The notes under the pieces were generated by a model. That model had not been told where the DNA came from. It saw nothing but the letters and a program-made list of their open reading frames with translations, and did no database searches. From Phoronis australis (taxonomy: Eukaryota > Animalia > Phoronida), in the NCBI GenBank assembly GCA_002633005.1, contig NMRA01000296.1:164399-228398 (forward strand): DNA of 64,000 nt, in the 5' to 3' direction. Position numbers and translations under genes: made by a program. Shown here piece after piece: positions 56,101 through 64,000 of the stretch (its first letter is position 1; each line of letters begins with the position of its first letter).

Positions 56101-59100
56101 ACTGTGTGATTAATTCGTTGCACTCGTTATTTCTAAAAGACAAATTCAGATTGGACTGGCGTAAGTGAACAGCATGGTTGCACCTTTCATCTTCACCACT
56201 AACATGCACACTTTATGATTGGAAAGCAAGGTGGAGAAACAGTTCAGTGCCTGGACTTATGAGTAGTCTTCCAAGCCACTGTCAGTCACAGATCTGATAC
56301 GCTTTGACTTGTTTGCTGTGTGCCGCAGTGTACTCTACCCAATCAAGCTTGAGTCAGAGATACCCTGCCCAATAAACTGTGAGTTACAAATACTCTGACC
56401 AATCAGATGTGAGTCATATCTACTCTGGCCAATCTAGCATGAGTTACAGATACTCTGACCAATAAGCTGTGAGTCATAGCTATTCTGGCCTATCAAGCAC
56501 AGAGTTAACATGTCTGACAATTTATGAGTCCAGTATACGGATTACTGTAAAGAGTCATTCTTCAATTTGGAACAAAATGTATCGGAATAAAATTTTGTTT
56601 TATCAGCTTTCACATCAAACACAGGAACAAGCTTTTACGCCACTTTACCGCACCCTGTACCTAGAGAATGCATGGTGAAATTACAAGCATTTTAGGTGTC
56701 TGACAAGCATTTGAAAAAACACGACAATTATGGCACATACTTTTTGTTTTTGAGTTTAAAGAAATGTTCTCACATTTCTCCACCTTGTTACACAAGTTAT
56801 TTGCTTCACGCCTTTTCTACTATACATTCTGTTCTGCTGCAGTGCTAGTTCCAGACATGTACATTACATATATATCCCTGAGAACCCCATCATGATAAAC
56901 TTGCATCATTGACCATATTCTCAATAACTGGTCTTCCAGTACCTTCCCCGTTCAATTCTGTTGAGTGAACCTTGACCTTTTAGTTACCTTTGACCCTTAC
57001 CTACCCAAGGATATTGTGCAGTATCAGGTTATTTTCGTGGTGGCGCTGCCATTCTCACTGGTTATATATCAATTAACTTTAAAATTTGTTCATGGTGATC
57101 ACTTTCTGCACTTGAAATTGGGATTAAAACGGGTCTTCTTTTTGGTAAAATACATTTTATTTATGAGATTATGTGCTTTTGTGCTTCCTCATTTGCACAG
57201 TGTTCTGTGTAATTGTAATCTTGATTAACTCTCGGATTTCTGGTATCTGCAAAAGATGGTATTAATGCAGTTAATCTTTTACAACTTCAATGCTTAATCA
57301 GCAGGGATTTTTATTACCAGCGCAGTTTCCTAAAGAAATGATGTTTATTTTCTTGTCAAGAAATCAATGATTTTATGATTAAAAGTTATGTGGCAAATTT
57401 GCCATTGGCTTTTAATTTACCTTCGTTTGATTTTGTTCACGGTTTCAGACATAAAGTTTCCACAAAATGTGTCAACCTTTTTTAAACTACTCTAGGGCTA
57501 CTGGATGTCTAGGTGTTGAATGTGACCTTTACGTCCAGTTGTGCCGAGCCTCTTTTTTACATTGCAGTTGCTGCAAATTCTCTTCTGGCTTTATGAGCTT
57601 CAAATATCTTAATTTCTAAGAGCTGACTACTTAAGTGAGAATTATAATGTCAGTTTCGGATCGAGTAAATCAGTTTTTCATTTTAAATTTTTAAACTATG
57701 AATGCAAAAACAATATTCATTTCAAAATTAAAGGATTATATTCAAAGAAATCTGCTGTCACGTTTCTTTTTTGAATTTTGTATTTTCTAAACTCAAAATT
57801 AGGCCTATCACAAGCCAAGTATGTCAGTTTATGCAATTTGATAAACTCCTTTAAAACTTCATTTTAACTAATACTTATTAAAGTTAAATATTAAGACTAT
57901 AACTGTTGGATGACACACATTAAACATGATTATTACTCTCTTAGATGAACTCATTTTCCTCTTATTAGGACATTGTGGGATTTTCGTCGTTTATTAATCA
58001 AATATTTGCCATGTCCTGAGGCAGTTGATACATCCTGTGTCCCTTTTAGGGAGTTGAACGAGCGTGTGTGTGGCACCAACATTAGGCAAGACATGAGGAC
58101 GAGTCCAGTGGAGATGGTGGTGTGTCAGGAACCTGAGCTGGATATTGTGACAGGTGCCATGACGGAGATTATCAGGTAGGGGAATGCTATTGTTCTGCGC
58201 ACCTGATGAAATGTAGTCAGAGGGACCATGGTAGAGATTATCAAGTAGGGGAATGCTATTGTTCTGTGCACCTGATGAAATATAGTAAGAGGGACCATGG
58301 TAGAGATTGTCAGGTAGGGGAATGCTATTGTTCTGTGCACCTGATGAAATGTTGTCAGAGGGACCATGGTAGGAATTACTAGGTAGGGGAATGTTACTGT
58401 TCTGCAAACCCGGTGAATACATAGTCATAGGGATTATCAGGTGGGGGGAACACTGTTGTTGTTGTTTACATCTTATAAGTAGTCATGGGTGCCATAGAAG
58501 AGTTATCAGGTTGGCAAACACTACTGTTCTTTACCCCTGATTTATAGTCATGAGTGACATGACAAAGATCATCAGGTAGGGGAACACTGTCGTTTTGTTC
58601 TCTGATGACTTAAATCATGCCTGCAATGACGGCCGGGTTATCAGGCTGGAGAACACTGTCGTTATGGCAGTTTTACAAAATGCATTCTGTAGACATGCGC
58701 TATGATATAGAATTGCATGAATGTATCAACAGCTGGAATCTTAACTGATACGTTCAAAATATCTGACACAAATTAATGAGAGTGTATTAAATTATTGAAA
58801 AATGTTCACCAAAACTTTTCCACTACTATTATGAAATCTCACCAAGTTTGGACAAAAATAATTCCTATAATCCTTTTTATGATATTTCTTGGTCTTCTTA
58901 CATTGTTGTGATTGCCCACAATTTTTAAAAAATATTGTTTGTTTGTAGGTGCATTACTGACCTCAACTATGCTTTACTGTAGACTGAGCTAATAAAATAT
59001 CTTTCACAGATAAAACGAGAAACTAAAATTTCGCCTTTCAGTCATGTTGCATAGTACGTTTGGTGAGATTTTACTAGGCTTCTGGCTCTAATGAGATTTC

Positions 59101-61596
59101 CAGACCAAGAATTGTTAGTCTTCATATGCGTCACCTGTTGGTCATATCACGTGACCTGTAGTTAAGTCTGAAAAGATCTCTGCCCCGACTGGAGTTCGAA
59201 CTCGGGACTTTCTGTAAGTCGACGTGCAGACGCTCTCCACTGAGCTATCGGGACTACTATCAGATCGATTGTAGAAAACCAAACAGACTTAATAGAAAGC
59301 ATTTTACCCAAACTTAGGTGTGCATACACATTTTGTCGTAAGTCAATGCATTGATGTTGTATAAGTAAGAATTATTAGTCTTTGTATGCACCCTCTGTTG
59401 CTTATACGATATATCAAAAATGCACTGATTTATAACAACACAATTATGTACTATGTTTTTTTAGTTGTCTCCTTCAGAAACATAGTCTTGGAGTGCTTGA
59501 TTTTGAAAAAGTTGAGCCACCTATTGAAAATTTAGCGTCATTGCTTGAAATGTTTCAGAGGGTTGCTGGATGACACAGATTTCCATGGAGCCTGTCAAAA
59601 GATCGGGAAAGAACCAACGCCTTACTTTCAACAGTTTGGCGACAAACCATCGCCGCCACCATCAGCGGCCTCTGTTATTGAGAGCCACATGTCAGTGAGC
59701 GAAGATCTCAACACCATCAGTCCAGGACTGGAAGAGAGGTTGGGAAGTGGACTTAGCGCAGAAGATCTCGCCTCTCCTGTTCAATCACAAACCACTGTAG
59801 AGCCAGCTGAAGCCAATGAGCCAGATGCTGAACTACAGGTACTTCAAGTCGACTATTGCAAAATTGTCACTCTAAGCTCAGATGTACCCAAATTTCCTTT
59901 GACTTATGATTGTGTAGTAGATAGTAGAACCTAACTCGGGGAAAACAGTTGCTGGGATAAATATTCCAGCGAGTTTTCAGATGCGTGTTTCGTGAAAAAG
60001 GACTTATAAGACTTCAGTCATAAATTTGGTCTTGCACTCCCACTTGACAGTTATAGAAAAGAGGTTTAGCTATAGTAGTACATCACTGTGTGAGTAATAA
60101 TTTGTACAGTAACTGGAACTTAGGGGTATATTCTCAGAGTTGTAGTTTTGCCTGACAAAATTTCTGTCTTATTAGTCTTAAGTCACTTTTCATGAAACAA
60201 GACGCCAGATGTGTGGGGACTTATGCATAAGTAGTTCACCTGATAATGCCCATCATCTAGTGTTGCAGTTGCAGCAATGTTGTTCATTTTATTTTAAAAA
60301 CTCTATCCTTTTATCAAATTAGGGTTAGATTTTAGGTACTGTTTCACTATCTAGTATTTGGTAAGATGAACTTGTTAAGTTCTGTGTCATATCTGGCATG
60401 TGTAAATATATATGTCGCGTGATGTGGCCAATTTGTGGCATGCAGATCAGACTTAAAAATGTTTGTGATCTGGCATGTGCATTTGCAGATGTTGGAAGAC
60501 CCCGAAAGATGTGCTACACCTGTTGACAAGTCTGACACGGCAATCAAGATGGATGAAGACATTAAAGAACATGCGTTGTTTGAAGCCAGAGAACAGCTCA
60601 AAAGGTATTGCAATGAGTTATTACAATGATTTGATCTTTATATTTGTCACTGTCTCCTTGTTTGTGTATACATTCTTTACTTTGAATGTTGTCAGTAATT
60701 TCAGCAAACCGATTTAAAGCAAAAAATTTTAGGCTTTACAGCATTCAGGTTATTTAAATTTTTTTGCTGTCCACATGTTGAAAATTCTGGGTAGTCCATC
60801 TATGAATATGATCATAGTTTTGTAATTCATACACTTTGCGGTTCAGGGCCCATTGTATCAAAGGCTGTAAATCCAATCTTAGCTAAGATGATGATAACTT
60901 GGATTTTAATTTGCATACAATTTAAATGTAACCCTTGCATATGGTAGTTACATGGCACGCTCCCTCACATAAATTTCACTGCATTCTTAGGAGGTGCTAA
61001 GATGCACTCTTATAAGCATTCTGTTCACAAGCCACATTGCCCCATTGTGTTGTTCAAGCTACACAGTAGAGGCTGGGATACTCTCAACAGAGAGACAGTG
61101 GTTGCATTGAATTGGTTTATTTTGTTGCACACACCGTCCAGTGTCGTCTGCTTGCACTGCGACTGTTCATATCACATCTTAATATCAGTTCTCTTGCTGT
61201 TGTTCTTTAGAGGATTGCCAAATACACCGGGAGTTAATTACTGTTTGAATGTGCACTAAAATTGTGAACACTAATAACACAGTTGGCAATTGAGTGGAGC
61301 ACATCCTTCCAGATGTTTCTTCAAAGTAACCGATAGCAACCCATGGCTCTTTATCAAGAAGTCGAAGTTTATGTCTGAGTAGGATTGTTTCTTCATGTCC
61401 CAGGCTTGTCTGTTGCAGGTTGCCAGAATTTGGAGGACATGTTGAGACCCTGTTGGAGAATACAGTAATTAACATCATCAATGAAGCATTTGAACAGGAC
61501 TTCAATATCACTGCAAGGCCTCGCCTGGTTGCGCTGCCCCCTAGAGTTGGCTCTGGGAGTAAATGTAGAGTGAAACCTGCAAATGGCAATGCATGA
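26158..61596 (+). CDS. CFAP65: Cilia- and flagella-associated protein 65 (CCDC108), ~1803 aa, 36 coding exons: 26158-26315, 27716-27854, 28171-28301, 29333-29447, 30219-30306, 31762-31904, 32374-32487, 33470-33694, 34962-35111, 35680-35808, 36840-36908, 38451-38540, 39463-39543, 40630-40770, 41652-41778, 42651-42819, 43485-43623, 44366-44505, 44894-44978, 45765-45923, 46680-46845, 47233-47361, 47991-48141, 48366-48434, 48725-48853, 49621-49864, 51738-52040, 52515-52673, 53287-53430, 53995-54111, 54703-54927, 55142-55344, 57969-58175, 59559-59838, 60489-60604, 61419-61596
   Basis: All exons were translated by hand; splice phases are consistent and the CDS totals 5412 nt ending in TGA. The N-terminus [27 protein letters not shown]...[32 protein letters not shown], repeated ASH/PapD-like Ig units (F.V.P..G.L.P...F.P), [25 protein letters not shown] and the C-terminal [12 protein letters not shown]...[14 protein letters not shown] match CFAP65 from memory. 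Confidence 0.93.
27434..27730. repeat. 76-bp tandem repeat, ~4 copies, each containing the CFAP65 coding-exon-2 acceptor
   Basis: CTCTCTTGCAG|TGTACCC acceptors end at 27487, 27563, 27639 and 27715. Confidence 0.95.
36486..36526. repeat. Short (~21-bp) direct tandem duplication
   Basis: AGGACTACTTGCCCCCTCCA occurs twice back to back. Confidence 0.8.
39570..40065. repeat. Degenerate ~20-23-bp minisatellite (~20 copies)
   Basis: Consensus TAGTTTCACATGACAGATCACTA is repeated just after the donor at 39544. Confidence 0.9.
40141..40385 (+). mobile_element. tRNA-derived SINE, copy 1
   Basis: A-box-like GGCAGTGTAGCCTGGTGG, B-box-like AGGTCGTGGGTACGAGTTCC and a CCCTTGAG core. Colinear with 45046-45280. 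Confidence 0.75.
43891..44055. repeat. 34-bp minisatellite, ~5 copies
   Basis: GTGCATGGC(C/T)AATGTCTTGGTTCTATGGAAGGCA starting at 43891, 43925, 43959, 43993 and 44027. Confidence 0.93.
45046..45280 (+). mobile_element. tRNA-derived SINE, copy 2 (same family as 40141)
   Basis: GGCAGTGTGACTTAGTG...CAAGGTCGTGGGTTCTAGTCCCGCTGGGG...CCCTTGAGCCAAG...CTGGTACAATGTG. Confidence 0.75.
45932..46015. repeat. 21-bp tandem repeat, 4 copies
   Basis: TTGTGTTTGATACTGATAC(T/C)C starting 8 nt into the intron. Confidence 0.92.
46050..46260. repeat. Degenerate ~75-bp tandem repeat, ~3 copies
   Basis: TCACT(G/A)TCAGCTTGTGTA...TGTACACATGACT recurs. Confidence 0.55.
49889..49947. other. Assembly gap (59 N)
   Basis: Run of n characters. 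Confidence 0.99.
49948..51478 (+). repeat. CFAP65: Second copy of 48328-49888, including duplicate CFAP65 exons 49986-50054, 50345-50473, 51211-51454 (probably an uncollapsed haplotype)
   Basis: Near-identical direct copy starting exactly at the N gap. The exonic differences seen are all synonymous; introns have SNPs and indels. Confidence 0.9.
56331..56530. repeat. 30-bp tandem array (~6-7 copies) with CCAAT and TGAGT(C/T)A in most units
   Basis: TACTCTGACCAATCAGATGTGAGTCATATC-like units at 56331, 56361, 56391, 56421, 56451 and 56481. Confidence 0.85.
58150..58660. repeat. 69-bp tandem repeat (~8 copies, decaying 3') spanning a CFAP65 splice donor
   Basis: ATCAG|GTAGGGGAA-like junctions at 58176, 58245, 58314, 58383, 58441, 58510, 58576 and 58645. 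Confidence 0.9.
59100..59254 (-). mobile_element. tRNA-derived SINE / pseudo-tRNA head (59254-59181) with downstream body
   Basis: Minus strand reads GTCCCGATAGCTCAGTGGAGAGCGTCTGCACGTCGACTTACAGAAAGTCCCGAGTTCGAACTCCAGTCGGGGCA: 7-bp acceptor stem, D-arm and A/B boxes are present, but the anticodon loop is oversized and the T-stem is mismatched. The body motif recurs at ~59367-59400. Confidence 0.7.
59978..60208. mobile_element. MITE with imperfect TIRs and a possible CAG TSD
   Basis: GCGTGTTTCGTGAAAAAGGACTTATAAGACT ... AGTCTTAAGTCACTTTTCATGAAACAAGACGC. A related half-site lies at ~53672. Confidence 0.65.
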
Positions 61597-61627
61597 GGCC
61601 ACTGTAGTGTCTTGACTGGCTGTTGAA

Positions 61628-61633
61628 AATAAA
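61628..61633 (+). other. Candidate polyadenylation signal of CFAP65
   Basis: AATAAA 32 nt after the stop codon. Confidence 0.55.
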
Positions 61634-62994
61634 AATGGTTTAAATGTTGCAGCATTTTTTCACATCCTGTGAAACTGAACAGAAATTTTATTTTTAGTAC
61701 TTGTCTTTTTTAACGTTTACTTTCTGTGCTACAAGAAATTTTTGATTTCCCAAAAAAATCGGGGAGTAACCTTGTACAATTTGGTTTGGAGAGATCTGCC
61801 ATTGTGTAAAGCGGAATTGCAGGCCTGTTTGAAAGTAAGCTTGTACAATGATAAAGTTATTGGAAGCAACTTCATGGAAGTTTTTGGAAGGACCAATTCA
61901 ATTTGCAAACCTGCTGGAAAAAAACGCTTAGGCTGCAAACTACAGAAGGGGCACATGCCCCACTACCTTCCTTGCTTACTAAGGCTTTGAGAGGACGACA
62001 ATTCCCCCAAATTTAGGCTTCAGATCCCCTTACAGGCAGATTGTTGGAAACAACGGCAGTTCAAACCTTCCCTGTATTGCGCACGTATCGTGTCTCTGGG
62101 TGGAGAAGGGAGTCACTCACACCAACATTTGCAGCAGTTCTAGGTTTTATGCACCTGTGTTCAGATTCAATAACAAGGTCTGGTTAGTCCTAGTTTATCT
62201 TGATCAAAACCGTTCATTTGTGGGTTTTCATTATTTATTGGTCACCATTTGACTTGGTGTAATCTTTTAGCGGGTAATGGTCTGATATAGCATGCTCGAA
62301 TTTTCAGAACCAGTTTTCTCCTCTGAATAACATGCATCAAACTGGTTCTCAAAGTACAAGCACCATATAGACTTTTGCCTTTTAGTCCATCAGATATGAT
62401 GCAGATGTAAATATTTATGGAATGAGTTATACAATGTTAATGGTTTTTCCATTACTTTGTTCAGTATATACATGAATGATTCCTATATTGGTGTAAAAAC
62501 GAGAACATACCATATATGTACATTAACACTTTTTGATTGGATTTACTGAAACTTCTATGTTATGTGATATTTCTTATATTGTATAAGGCTGAGTTGTATT
62601 TATAAATAAACAAGCAGTTGCTGTATGTGTGTGTGTGTTTCCTGAAGGGTGTTTTTTTCCGACTTTTGTTTCTATGACAGGCAAATACCATGACATGTAA
62701 TAAGGCATTGAGAGCATTTGGGCTTTCTGTCAAAACACTATGCATGATTGGCCAAGTTTAATTTTAACAGGATACTAAATCGCCTTGTTAAGGGCTGACT
62801 ATGGGGAGAGTCACTGAATACATTTTGTAACAGAGTTACAATGGAGTTTTAGCTGAGAAATGCAGATTTCGCCTTTCCTTGGAAATACTAGTCACACACT
62901 AGAAAATGATGGAAGCAATTTTTTGGTAAAATCACGTTAATTGTGTGAAATTGAAGAACGGGTTATGATTCAAGGAAAAACGCCGTCGACATAC

Positions 62995-63130
62995 ATACAC
63001 AAAACGTACCGAGAGTGGCGTAGATGAAGTAATATCCCACGAGACATTATTCCGCGTATGTTGTTCCTTCGGTCTCGGTCGATACGCGGAATATTACTTC
63101 ATCTACACCAGTCGAGGTACGTTTTTGTAT
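62995..63130. mobile_element. Short fold-back (hairpin) element, probably an internally deleted MITE
   Basis: ATACACAAAACGTACC...GTAGATGAAGTAATAT / ATATTACTTCATCTAC...GGTACGTTTTTGTAT, with inner TATTCCGCGTAT/ATACGCGGAATA. Confidence 0.65.
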
Positions 63131-63793
63131 TTATCCCATACGTTTCGAATTCCAAGTAAGTTTCTTTCATTTTTGCGGTAGATTTTTTAAATACTTCACT
63201 CAGACTGTTCACTTGGCGGGTCACATCCTATATGTATGTAGATAAAGTCTCAAATACTGTGTTAAAATTTTCTAATTTATCAATTCGTTTTCGTTTGATG
63301 CAATTTGATTTTTTCGTGGAAGTCATAAAAGTCCTATTCTTGATATCCCTCGTGTCAAAATGGAACATTTTGAAAACAAATCCTAACAGTGAACAAGGCA
63401 AAGTATTTTAGAGCGTCATGTGAATCCGATCAGTTCAGTATTTCTGAGATGGGATTTTCCAAATTTAGACACTGAGTCCGGGGCTGTAAATAAACTTTAG
63501 ATAGTTCCCGCTCACCTCTCACTTTGTTGTTTACATGATAATATTCGTGGATGGCACGTTGTCTTCAACAAACAGAGGGTTAATTCCATATAAATGGGAT
63601 TTAATCGCGATAATTATTTATCACATTTGATAAGGTGTAACGTTCGTGTTGTCTGAAACCAATGAGCTGCATGGACAAGCTTCTCTCGACGCACTTCCTG
63701 AGAACTAACAAAATAGAGTGCGAAGTATGCGACTCGTTGACTAAATTCAACCCAGATCAAAAAGTCATAGATCCATTGGGTTCAACTTGGGGG

Positions 63794-64000
63794 CTAGTCA
63801 GGTATTCCGGATAGGCCGCTCAGACAAGCGGATTTTCGCGAGGAAGTTTTCTTCAAAAGTGTGCCGCCTTTTCCGACAAAGTACCTACGAAAGGCTTCAC
63901 TGTATGAGTTGAGAACTCTATCCAAATATAGTGGAGTATTTACCCGGTATACAAACCAATTGTCTGGTGCCCCGATCATAATAAAGCACTGCAACTTTTC
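63794..64000 (-). CDS. Possible 3'-terminal coding exon of an unidentified neighbouring gene (open to the window edge)
   Basis: Frame is open from 64000 to TAG at 63794 (EKLQCFIMIGAPDNWFVYRVNTPLYLDRVLNSYSEAFRRYF...). GC content is higher than the flanks and the composition is protein-like. Family not recognised. Confidence 0.35.
   Translation of the reverse strand, partial: EKLQCFIMIGAPDNWFVYRVNTPLYLDRVLNSYSEAFRRYFVGKGGTLLKKTSSRKSACLSGLSGIPD

Noticed and set aside
58202-58350. CTGATGA in each 69-bp unit as tandem hammerheads (retrozyme-like)
   Set aside because: No stem II, GAAA and NUH arrangement follows; the unit is explained by junction duplication.
57994-58428. 144-aa minus-strand ORF with 23-aa repeats
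   Set aside because: It arises from the 69-bp repeat and the antisense of a CFAP65 exon; no splice or homology support.
59181-59254. Functional tRNA gene
   Set aside because: No 7-nt anticodon loop, mismatched T-stem, and a SINE-like body follows.
61185-61655. 156-aa minus-strand ORF (similarly 49486-49746, 51043-51336, 45720-46022)
   Set aside because: Antisense shadows of CFAP65 exons or repeats, with no recognisable protein.

Overview
AT-rich, intron-rich animal genomic DNA. It is probably a marine invertebrate such as a mollusc or other lophotrochozoan (inferred from repeat types and protein divergence), not a prokaryote. Three spliced genes can be rebuilt by hand with continuous reading frames: (1) the last three coding exons of MALSU1 (RsfS/Iojap family, + strand, 179-3014); (2) a PLAC8/cornifelin-family Cys-rich gene (- strand, 4 coding exons, 17631->7826, 273 aa) with a probable short isoform starting at 10996; (3) a complete CFAP65/CCDC108 (+ strand, 36 coding exons, 26158-61596, about 1803 aa) with one GC-AG intron and a candidate 30-nt microexon. 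A 3-exon block of CFAP65 appears twice around a 59-N gap and is most likely two uncollapsed alleles. The 3' end of a fourth, unidentified minus-strand ORF may enter at the right edge. Introns hold MITEs, tRNA-derived SINEs, Helentron-like and Penelope-like remnants and many minisatellites. The most unusual signals are tandem arrays seeded across exon-intron junctions that multiply splice sites (3 independent cases), a near-intact minimal hammerhead ribozyme in a Penelope-like fold-back, a 30-bp CCAAT+AP-1 array, and a cluster of RFX X-boxes between the divergent PLAC8-like and CFAP65 genes. I found no convincing wholly novel gene system.
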